From an uncultured Gammaproteobacteria bacterium (lineage in GTDB: Bacteria; Patescibacteriota; Patescibacteriia; Magasanikbacterales; UBA922), in assembly GCA_964390625.1 (NCBI GenBank), contig CAYMID010000002.1, forward strand, positions 17,481 through 59,050: a stretch of DNA of 41,570 nt, in the 5' to 3' direction. The notes beneath the pieces are model-generated. The model did no database searches, had not been told where the DNA came from, and worked only from the letters and a program-made list of their open reading frames with translations. The position numbers and the translations under genes are program-made. The first letter of the stretch is position 1, and each line of letters begins with the position of its first letter. Positions 7,365 to 14,946 of the stretch are shown here, piece after piece.

Positions 7365-8270
7365 TCAGGCCCCGGTAATCAAACACGCTACAGGGCCGGT
7401 AAACCGCGCACCATACGAGGCTTGGATTAGGCCAGCTATCGCCACGGCACTATTCGGTGAAATATCTAAATCAGTAGTTTGCTTGACTGTGGCCATGGCT
7501 TGTTCAATGTTGGCATCGGTTACAATCCAGCCAGAACCTTTGGTTTTTAAAACTGCCTCGATTACGGAAAATTTGCGGTGAGCGACATTGTCTACAATCG
7601 CACTTGCGAGTGAGTGCTCGGACACATTTGGTGTACGGGCGTGCGTTGGGCACAGTGGATTTTGAAAAGCCGTGGTGATCGGGTGGCATACATCAGTTTG
7701 AACCACGTGAACCTGAGGAATTGGGTTAGCGTGCGCAACAAAGTATTCGGCCAAGGCTTGGGCGCACGTGCCTGACGAAGTTGGTACAAATACTGCTTGC
7801 AGATTGGGGATACGCAATAATTCCGCGGCCAATTCGTGGTAGCCGCGTAGCGCTAAATCGTCGGTGGATTGACGGAGATTTGTGGCCAAGCCATCGGCCT
7901 CGGCTTTAAACGCGCTTTGTTTAGGATTCGTCACCTGCGCAACGGAAATGTGTTCGTTGGCAATTTTTTGTAGCGGTGCCAACTTGGTTGCCGGAATCTT
8001 TGACCCTACAAAAATTTGCAGGGTGATTATTTTGGTCGGATTATTTTCATTGTGGTGTCGTACGGCCAAGGCAGCAGCCAAGGCAGCATTGCCAGACGAA
8101 GAAATCACAAATTTATTCACCCCATCCTGGTGAAAATAATGATCAATCATCAGGGGGATGGAGCGGCCCTTGTGCGAACCAAATGGGTGTAGGTCCTCGC
8201 GTTTAAGCCAGACCTCGGGTAGGCCTAGGGCGGCGGCAAGTTGCGGTACTGGTGTTTGGGGGGTTTTCAT
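7365..8270 (-). CDS. PLP-dependent enzyme, tryptophan-synthase-beta fold (threonine synthase / cysteine synthase-like)
   Basis: WLKREDLHPFGSHKGRS (candidate PLP-lysine motif), then SSSGNAALAAALA and TSSGT loops. Exact activity cannot be called. Confidence 0.6.
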   Translation of the reverse strand: MKTPQTPVPQLAAALGLPEVWLKREDLHPFGSHKGRSIPLMIDHYFHQDGVNKFVISSSGNAALAAALAVRHHNENNPTKIITLQIFVGSKIPATKLAPLQKIANEHISVAQVTNPKQSAFKAEADGLATNLRQSTDDLALRGYHELAAELLRIPNLQAVFVPTSSGTCAQALAEYFVAHANPIPQVHVVQTDVCHPITTAFQNPLCPTHARTPNVSEHSLASAIVDNVAHRKFSVIEAVLKTKGSGWIVTDANIEQAMATVKQTTDLDISPNSAVAIAGLIQASYGARFTGPVACLITGA

Positions 8271-8328
8271 ACTTGTCAGTAGGCAAAGAAAGTGCTAGCA
8301 TTACTATAAACCTTTGTAAATTATCACT

Positions 8329-8493
8329 ATGAAACTTGTTTGTCCAGAATGCAAAAATCTTGTTGATTTAGCTCGCCACCCACACTTGGCTCCGGCTGAT
8401 ATTGTGGAATGCAACCACTGTGGCATTACTCTTGGAATTGAAAATATTTCCGGCGACGAGGCTACGGCCGAAATTGTTGACGAGGGCAAATAA
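8329..8493 (+). CDS. 54-aa zinc-ribbon protein, LysW/ArgW-like (below the ORF track cutoff)
   Basis: Hand translation: MKLVCPECKNLVDLARHPHLAPADIVECNHCGITLGIENISGDEATAEIVDEGK. It has CPEC..CNHC and an acidic tail, but lacks the canonical terminal EDWGE. Confidence 0.5.
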   Translation: MKLVCPECKNLVDLARHPHLAPADIVECNHCGITLGIENISGDEATAEIVDEGK

Positions 8494-9051
8494 TTAGTTT
8501 ACCCCAAGCTTCTCTTTGAACGCCGCCAATTTGGCTGGTTCTAAAAATTTCCACTTGAGCAGGTCAAATGCGAATTGGCCAAATTCTTTGTAATTAGAAA
8601 AAACAACTTCTAAGAATTCATCAAAGCTAACTTCGCGTACAGTAATTTTTTCGCCAGCATCCAAATTAATTTCCGAGGCCACAATAACGTTGCGAGCGAT
8701 AAACATGGTAATCTCCCAATCAATTTTACCTGGATAAACATAGGTTACCAGGTGTTCCCAATCCTCCGTAGCTAAACCAGCCTCCTCCAGCAGTTCTCGT
8801 TTTGCGCCTTCAAGTGCAGATTCATCTAGCTCTTGTCTCCCGCCAAACACACTTACAAATTTACCATTGTTGGGCTGTTCTTCTTCGGAAATCAAGATTT
8901 TATTATTGCGCGTAGCAATAACTTGAGCTGAGTAGGGTCGCTTAATCATTTCAAATGTGGCTGTCGAACCATCAAATAGTTTTTGTGGCCATTGAAACAC
9001 TTCAAAAATTTCGCCTTTAAATACTGATTTTGCCTGTTCGGGAATTTTCAT
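8494..9051 (-). CDS. NUDIX hydrolase
   Basis: NUDIX box GGRQELDESALEGAKRELLEEAGL. The ATG at 9051 (MKIPEQ) lies 1 nt after the mpl stop. The track start 9078 is a TTG. Confidence 0.8.
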   Translation of the reverse strand: MKIPEQAKSVFKGEIFEVFQWPQKLFDGSTATFEMIKRPYSAQVIATRNNKILISEEEQPNNGKFVSVFGGRQELDESALEGAKRELLEEAGLATEDWEHLVTYVYPGKIDWEITMFIARNVIVASEINLDAGEKITVREVSFDEFLEVVFSNYKEFGQFAFDLLKWKFLEPAKLAAFKEKLGVN

Positions 9052-9052
9052 A

Positions 9053-10432
9053 TTATAGTTTGGCAATAAGATTTTCAATCATGCCGCGGAAACCGTGCGA
9101 ACCAAGGAAAACAATCACACTGTTTGCTTGTGCAGCCAAGTGCGCAACAAGCTCGTCATCATTTTCAAAATAATGCGCATTGCTGTGTGTTTGGGCGATT
9201 GTGGCCGTTAATTCGGGACCATCAATTGGTGGGGCGGCGTCATCTGCGTCAATTTTCACGCGTGTTAGACGCGGGATAATAACCTCGTCCGCAGCCGCAA
9301 ATGCATTCGCGTACAATGGTTTGGCATCTGGTTTGCGATTGCCCGTGTTTGGTTCAAAGACTGCAATGATTTTTTTGTCACTATACACGGCGTGTAAATT
9401 CTCGAGCACAGATTTGGCTTTGGCTGGCGAGTGGGCAATGTCATCAAATACTGTAACTGCACCATCAAACCGTTTTTCTAAACGGCGCTTAAGGCCAGGG
9501 AACGAAGCAATCGCACTCACAATTACATCGGGCTCGATCATCAGTTGGTGGGCCATGGCAAATGCACCGGTAATATTTTCGGCCTGATATACGCCCAACA
9601 GCGGCGCCTTGATTGTCGCAATCACTTTGTCCATGTGTACAATCTCAAATTGCAGGCCACCCGGACTCTGTGTCACAGTGCGGTAACTGTAAATCGCATC
9701 TGGGTCTGTGCCGTAGGTAATAATGAGCGGTCCGTTCGCGCGCGCGGCCATTTCTAGGGCCGTTAAATTATCAGTGCTCACGGCAATCAACCCCTCGGCT
9801 GGTACACTATGTACCAACTTCTCAAACGCCGCCAAATAGCTGGCCTCAGTTGGGTACACGTCCACGTGGTCCCACGACACCGCAGTGAGTAACAAAAATT
9901 TTGGTTTGTAGTGCGCAAACTTTGGGCCATTGTCCCAACGCGCGCTTTTGTATTCATCACCTTCCAAAATGCTCCATTTACCGTCATTCAAGGCTGCAGA
10001 CGCAAAGTCACCAGTGGCCAAACCGCCAAACATATAACTTGGCGCCAGGCCAGCTTGGGTAAAAATCCACGACAACAGCGCAGTGGTCGTTGTTTTGCCA
10101 TAGGTGCCTGCACACACAATCGAATCATCACGCAACCAAAATTCGGCAATCGCTTCGGGGTATGATTTGTATGGAATTTTTTGTGCTTGCACCGTGAGCC
10201 ATTCAGGATTTTGCGAACCCGCCACATTACCAACAATTACCAAATCGGGCGTACCCATTTTTTCCGGATGCCAGCCTGCATACCAATCAATCCCACTGCC
10301 TTGCAACATCGTCGACACTGGCGGATAAAAACCCACATCACTACCGCTCACTTTGTAACCCTTTTTGTGCAACGCCAACGCCAGTGCGCTCATGGCTACG
10401 CCGCAAATGCCGATGAAGTGTATGTGTTTCAT
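9053..10432 (-). CDS. mpl: UDP-N-acetylmuramate:peptide ligase of the Mur ligase family, Mpl-like
   Basis: GICGVAMSALA..GSDVGFYPPVSTML, AGTYGKTTTT, EGDEYKSARWDNGPKFAHY. This pattern matches Mpl better than MurC. Confidence 0.75.
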   Translation of the reverse strand: MKHIHFIGICGVAMSALALALHKKGYKVSGSDVGFYPPVSTMLQGSGIDWYAGWHPEKMGTPDLVIVGNVAGSQNPEWLTVQAQKIPYKSYPEAIAEFWLRDDSIVCAGTYGKTTTTALLSWIFTQAGLAPSYMFGGLATGDFASAALNDGKWSILEGDEYKSARWDNGPKFAHYKPKFLLLTAVSWDHVDVYPTEASYLAAFEKLVHSVPAEGLIAVSTDNLTALEMAARANGPLIITYGTDPDAIYSYRTVTQSPGGLQFEIVHMDKVIATIKAPLLGVYQAENITGAFAMAHQLMIEPDVIVSAIASFPGLKRRLEKRFDGAVTVFDDIAHSPAKAKSVLENLHAVYSDKKIIAVFEPNTGNRKPDAKPLYANAFAAADEVIIPRLTRVKIDADDAAPPIDGPELTATIAQTHSNAHYFENDDELVAHLAAQANSVIVFLGSHGFRGMIENLIAKL

Positions 10433-11049
10433 AAAATATTTTCTGGCAATGTACGTTTTGATCGCTTAAACATTTTTGTGTATACGCAAGTAAATGTGAT
10501 GGCGTATGCTATACAGCATGACCATAACCAGTCTAATACATAATAGGCGTTTGGTTTTGTCTCTATATGTAAGATAATAAAGGCAAAAATAGTGCCAATA
10601 ATGACCATAGCAATCAAGGCCGCTACTGCAGCTTTCTTTGAAATTTTTTTCATTATTAATTTTTCTTGTTCAACTGTCCCTAATTCTTTTTTATTTTCTT
10701 TATATAATTGGTAAGTTAGACATAGTACGAATACTATTACAGCGCCGATTGTGTTGTAACTAAGAAAAAAAATAGAGTATAGGATGACGACAGTATCAAA
10801 TACTAGAGTGCCAAAAAGATTTTTCAAAAAATCCATTCCATTGCAACGGTAAATGTCTATGAAGCCATCACATGTAAAAAACTCTCTAACAATACCGCCT
10901 TTGCCCAATTCTTCTATGTCACTTCCTTTAATTTGGTTGGCCACGGTGTTGTAGACAAACAGTATCAGGGCAATTACAAAAATAACTACGAGAGTTCTGT
11001 AAAATGAATAAAGTATGTTATGTAACAATTGTTGTTTAGAAATTTTCAT
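10429..11049 (-). CDS. AT-rich polytopic membrane protein (206 aa), paralog of the upstream 91-aa protein
   Basis: ATGA overlaps with both neighbours. About 5 TM segments. Shared motif LGKGG-x5-FxC-x2-F-x2-YxC-x4-FL. Confidence 0.6.
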   Translation of the reverse strand: MKISKQQLLHNILYSFYRTLVVIFVIALILFVYNTVANQIKGSDIEELGKGGIVREFFTCDGFIDIYRCNGMDFLKNLFGTLVFDTVVILYSIFFLSYNTIGAVIVFVLCLTYQLYKENKKELGTVEQEKLIMKKISKKAAVAALIAMVIIGTIFAFIILHIETKPNAYYVLDWLWSCCIAYAITFTCVYTKMFKRSKRTLPENIL

Positions 11050-11321
11050 ATTTTTCGTTTTTTCATTATCACTATGACAGAATAATAGAAGATGACCGTG
11101 CCGCCCAGTATAAACGGCATTTCAAATGGCAGAACAAAAATTTGTGAATGTAAAAATTCCGGAAAATCGCAAGTATACGAATTGAACCAACGACTGCAGA
11201 CAAAATTGCCCGGCTCGTATCCTCCTTTGCCACCTAAATCGTCCGAAACGTTTTTTCTATCTATTTTTTGTCCAATACCAATCACCAAAACTGTAGATAG
11301 TAAAATCGAGACAATTCCCAA
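11046..11321 (-). CDS. AT-rich small membrane protein (91 aa as listed), possibly 5'-frameshifted
   Basis: The track start is a TTG. An ATG at 11347, 1 nt after the upstream stop, is out of frame by one base. Contains the GGKGG..FVC..F..YTC..FL motif. Confidence 0.5.
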   Translation of the reverse strand: MGIVSILLSTVLVIGIGQKIDRKNVSDDLGGKGGYEPGNFVCSRWFNSYTCDFPEFLHSQIFVLPFEMPFILGGTVIFYYSVIVIMKKRKI

Positions 11322-11348
11322 AATAATTTTGCAGTTTTATTTTTCATA

Positions 11349-11996
11349 CTATAGTTGGATTTTTTTTAACCCTTCCAAATCCGTCCTCCACTGCTCTCCA
11401 TCAAACCACTCCAATCCAGCGAACTGCAACTTGTACACATCAGTCGGGCGCTGGAATGAACCGAGGTAAATATACTTTTTGTGATTTTCCTGTACCCAGA
11501 GAATCGCGCGGAGCATCATGCCCATGCCGAGATTGGGTCGGTCATTTTCAAGCGTATAAAATGGGTAACAGTAATGAACCAATTTTTCGTTGGTGTAAAT
11601 GACGCAATATCCGACTGTCACGTCTTGTATTTTATACGTGAACAATTGATTGAAATTACTTTTCGTCTTATCGGTCAAAATTTCTTTTACTTTGTTGGCG
11701 GAAAATGTGCCGTCACCAAATTTGGTATCATAAAAATCTTTGGCTAGTTTGCCGATGGACCAGTGATAGTTAGTCAAGGGGAGTGAAGCGATAGCTAATT
11801 CGAGTCCTTCAGTTTTTTTTAATACCCGGCGATTTTCACTGGACAAAGAAAATTTTTCTAAATTAATTCGCAGGCTGCGTGTTTGATTCATTTCGCCTTT
11901 ACTTACGCGTGTAAACACAAAGCCAGCCTCGTACGCTGCGGTAACAGCCGCATCGTCGCCTGGCTCAATGGTTTTTTTCTGCCACACTAAATACAT
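11349..11996 (-). CDS. Ate/Bpt-family aminoacyl-tRNA--protein transferase-like protein
   Basis: GFVFTR..QTRSLRINLEKFSLSSENRRVLKK and YPFY..NLGMGMMLRAILW..YIYLGSF..YKLQF match the arginyl/leucyl-transferase C-domain pattern. The N-terminal Cys cluster is absent. Confidence 0.6.
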   Translation of the reverse strand: MYLVWQKKTIEPGDDAAVTAAYEAGFVFTRVSKGEMNQTRSLRINLEKFSLSSENRRVLKKTEGLELAIASLPLTNYHWSIGKLAKDFYDTKFGDGTFSANKVKEILTDKTKSNFNQLFTYKIQDVTVGYCVIYTNEKLVHYCYPFYTLENDRPNLGMGMMLRAILWVQENHKKYIYLGSFQRPTDVYKLQFAGLEWFDGEQWRTDLEGLKKIQL

Positions 11997-11997
11997 A

Positions 11998-13140
11998 TTA
12001 GTACAACGCTACCCACAATCCTAACAGTACAAAACCCGCGTGAATGATCCAAAAACGCATCACGGTTTTTTCTTCGCTCCAACCGCGCATTTCAAAGTGG
12101 TGGTGCAGCGGCGCCATTTTGAAAATGCGGCGACCGAGGATGTGGCGACCAAATACTTGAATGACCACGCTGGCTAACTCAATGTAAAAAATAAACGCGA
12201 GGAACGGCAAGAGTAACATTTTGTTAATTACAATTGCGTTAATGGCGAGCAAAGCGCCAAGCCCTAGCGAACCAACATCACCCATTTGGAAGCGTGCTGG
12301 CTTGATATTAAAGTACGTGTAGGTAATTAAGGCGCCAACAGTAGTGGCGTTAAGGAGTGTAATTTCGGGGAAGCCCTCGAGCCAGCTAATCAGGGTGAGT
12401 ACCGCAAACGTAATAATGAGTGAGCCGCCGGCCAAACCATCCATCCCATCGGCAATGTTGACCGCGTTGGCCGTAACCATGACAAAGAAAATAATCGCCG
12501 GAATTAACCACCAGCCAAAGTTTACAAAACCATCAAAGGGAATACTAACATTGTGCCACGATGGGCCGAGTTTGTAGTAAATCCACCAGGCCGTAATTGC
12601 GCCAGCGGCAAATTGCAATAATAATTTTTCGTGCACATGCACACCTTTGCCAGGGTGTGAGCCAAGCCACAAGGAGGTGCGTTTAAACAATGTCCAGGGC
12701 AGAGTGATGGTGAGCCACAGTTTTACGAGCGGATTTTTATGCACGCGAATTAAGCGCAAGGTGTGTTTGAGGTCGCGGTTGCGTCGCTTTTCGCCGTAAA
12801 TGTTGAGCACATCATCAATTCCACCCAACAGTGCAGACAATAGCATGACCCCAATCGGTACATAGGTAAAACTGCGGGACCAGTTACATAACACTGTAAT
12901 CACAGCTACCGTTACAATCACCAGCAAGCCGCCCATAATTGGGGTGCCGACCTTGTCGCGGCGGCCCTCCATCGCCAACGTGGCGTCGTATGGATTAGTG
13001 CGGGTGATTTTGTATTTATATAAAAATTTAGTGAGCAACGGGGCCCACAAAAAGCTGATAACCGCGGCCAACAGGCCAAAGCCAATGGCGGCACGTAGGA
13101 CGTCGAGGGAAAGGGTGATAGTCATAGGTAGGCTAAGCAT
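11998..13140 (-). CDS. mraY: phospho-N-acetylmuramoyl-pentapeptide transferase
   Basis: NAVNIADGMDGLAGG, HHHFE and a polytopic profile. Start set at the ATG at 13140 (13125 is also possible). The track ORF extends upstream through non-MraY sequence. Confidence 0.9.
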   Translation of the reverse strand: MLSLPMTITLSLDVLRAAIGFGLLAAVISFLWAPLLTKFLYKYKITRTNPYDATLAMEGRRDKVGTPIMGGLLVIVTVAVITVLCNWSRSFTYVPIGVMLLSALLGGIDDVLNIYGEKRRNRDLKHTLRLIRVHKNPLVKLWLTITLPWTLFKRTSLWLGSHPGKGVHVHEKLLLQFAAGAITAWWIYYKLGPSWHNVSIPFDGFVNFGWWLIPAIIFFVMVTANAVNIADGMDGLAGGSLIITFAVLTLISWLEGFPEITLLNATTVGALITYTYFNIKPARFQMGDVGSLGLGALLAINAIVINKMLLLPFLAFIFYIELASVVIQVFGRHILGRRIFKMAPLHHHFEMRGWSEEKTVMRFWIIHAGFVLLGLWVALY

Positions 13141-13164
13141 AGCGCAAAAATGGGGGCTTGGCAA

Positions 13165-13193
13165 TTGACAAAATTGCCAGGTTCTGGTATAGT
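13165..13193 (+). promoter_or_regulatory. near-consensus sigma70 promoter for GC-rich island 3
   Basis: TTGACA (13165-13170)-17 nt-TGgTATAGT (-10 at 13188-13193). The -35 lies inside the inverted repeat GGCAATT-5 nt-AATTGCC (13160-13178). Confidence 0.55.
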
Positions 13194-13370
13194 TCGGCGT
13201 TAGTCTGTGTTCTTTAGCAATCCCTCTCCTGCCAATTTTTCCTCTGTATTTAGTCAAATATAGGGTAAAAATGGCCAGGAGAACTGCCTGGTTAAAACGG
13301 CAAGCCGTAGGTCTGACACGGTGTCTAGGCAAGCGGTACGCCCTCACGAGGCCTAAAAAAGGAGGATCGC

Positions 13371-14042
13371 ATGGAGCGATCTGGGGGTGGTATTCTCAGT
13401 GAGCCGGGAATTTTGGCTGAGATCGGGAAGGTGATCACGGCCGAGGTTCTGGCTCAGGGCGGCACGGACGATGATGTCCGGGCCATTCTCACAAACCGTG
13501 AGCTGCAGCAACAGATGGCCGCGCTCACCATCGCCGCGCGCCCGAACGCGGAAGAAGATTCGGGAAGCGATGCGTCGCCGGAAAAGACGTATCCCGTGAC
13601 GGTCCCCGAGGGCGTCACGTTCATGGGAATGGTCCGGGAAGGTTGGTACGATATCTTGTATAACAAGGATCTCATGGACGATCATTTGTCGGACCGGAAC
13701 CTGGGTCCGACCGGGAGCTTCAACCTCGAGCTGCTCCACTTCGGCTACGACATCAGCATCGAGACCGCGGAAAAAAACATACGGGAACTTAATTACAAGC
13801 CAGCCACCCTCGGGATGCTGCTGGCGTTCGGGGCGAAATATCTCGACGAAATTCAATTCCCGGTGATTTGTCTGGGCACGCACTTCTGGCACCTATACAG
13901 CTTCATGTGCTACCTGCCGTTCGTCGAGATCACCGAAGAAAACAAAAAGCGCATGATGGGCGTGGGCTATTGCAAACATGGTTATCGTGGTCACTGCCGC
14001 TGGCTCGTCTACCGCGAGGCGCCCCGAACGATGGCCTATTAG
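13371..14042 (+). CDS. hypothetical 223-aa protein in GC-rich island 3
   Basis: AAGGAGGA-TCGC-ATG ribosome-binding site. The ORF fills the island and its composition is globular-like. No family recognised. The antisense 179-aa ORF is Arg-rich and unlikely to be real. Confidence 0.65.
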   Translation: MERSGGGILSEPGILAEIGKVITAEVLAQGGTDDDVRAILTNRELQQQMAALTIAARPNAEEDSGSDASPEKTYPVTVPEGVTFMGMVREGWYDILYNKDLMDDHLSDRNLGPTGSFNLELLHFGYDISIETAEKNIRELNYKPATLGMLLAFGAKYLDEIQFPVICLGTHFWHLYSFMCYLPFVEITEENKKRMMGVGYCKHGYRGHCRWLVYREAPRTMAY

Positions 14043-14182
14043 ATCCTGGTGGCTTGGGTCCTCAGCTTGAGTGCCCGTGGCCCCTTGGTCCTTGTAACGC
14101 TGGCGCGCAACTACACCCGCATCAATTTGTCTCCGACTTGCTCGGACGAGAATTGGTGCGGGTTCTTCATTTTATGATTCAC

Positions 14183-14944
14183 CTAATTTAAAATCCGCAA
14201 TCGCCGCAGCTCAAGTTTGGTTGCGTCTTGGGCGTGGGCAAATGTTTCGTTGTCACGGTCAGTTTTATTTTTTTCAGTCCAGGTTTGTTCAAGTAATGTC
14301 TTTGCCGGATCGTTAATCGTGATTGAACCCTGCCGTGCGCCGTGGTTATATTGGCCCTCTGCGCTCCAGCGGAAGGTGTGCGTGTAATGGATTGTGTCCT
14401 CATCAACTGCGTGGACAACAAGTACGTGATTTAATTTTTTTTCTGGCCCTGTTTGCCACAAAATTAGTAGGTCACCTGGTTGTACGTGCAAAAGCGAAAT
14501 CGACATTGTGTTTTTATCATCAGCGAGCACGGCTACACTGACATTTTCGGCCGGACGCAAACGTGTTAAAAATCGACGCACAAAATTCGTGGCATGCGTA
14601 AAATGCAATACCTTGCGTAAATCAATTTTTTTCTTTGCCCCTACTTCGGCCGCCAGCGTGTAGTAGGCAAGCGCCGAACAATCGACGCCCACATTATGAT
14701 CGACCAAAAATTTTTTAATGGCCTCGTCACTAAGTTCACCAAGGGCGATCCGGTCGCGCAGTGCCATTAATTCGGCCTCTTCCACTATGTCCGCAGGCGT
14801 GCCCTTGCCAATGAGCGCGCGCAGCCCGCCGCGTACTTTGTTGCGTTGGTTATTAAAATACGGCGCATTAACGTGCTTGCCAGCAAATGGTAATTGCAAA
14901 TAATCATTCAAAATTGCTTGCGCGGCTGGTGTGAGAGTTTTCAT
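14183..14944 (-). CDS. cytoplasmic NlpC/P60-like (papain-fold) cysteine peptidase/amidase candidate
   Basis: GVDCSALAYY (catalytic Cys context) and PGDLLILW..NHVLVVHAV (His context) are arranged as in NlpC/P60. No signal peptide. Start lies 2 nt after the ATP-grasp stop. Confidence 0.45.
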   Translation of the reverse strand: MKTLTPAAQAILNDYLQLPFAGKHVNAPYFNNQRNKVRGGLRALIGKGTPADIVEEAELMALRDRIALGELSDEAIKKFLVDHNVGVDCSALAYYTLAAEVGAKKKIDLRKVLHFTHATNFVRRFLTRLRPAENVSVAVLADDKNTMSISLLHVQPGDLLILWQTGPEKKLNHVLVVHAVDEDTIHYTHTFRWSAEGQYNHGARQGSITINDPAKTLLEQTWTEKNKTDRDNETFAHAQDATKLELRRLRILN

Positions 14945-14946
14945 AA

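Noticed and set aside
13240-13371. 43-codon basic ORF (MARRTAWLKRQAVGL...) in the island-3 leader
   Set aside because: It has no SD or promoter-proximal context and overlaps the SD and start of the 223-aa gene. Such an ORF is likely to arise by chance in GC-rich sequence.
13353-13892. 179-aa minus-strand ORF antisense to the island-3 gene. Other long antisense ORFs fall in the same class (1667..2329, 6874..7179, 22332..22817, 25314..25946, 39573..40205)
   Set aside because: They lie in shadow frames of clearly identified or better-supported genes. They are Arg/Ser/Pro-rich or low-complexity and lack start context.
6813-14060. Shared 9-mer TCCTGGTGG at the left edge of island 2 (~6820) and the right part of island 3 (~14046) as a possible insertion signature
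   Set aside because: A single 9-nt match in 41.6 kb on two strands is within chance expectation, and no longer flanking similarity was seen by eye.
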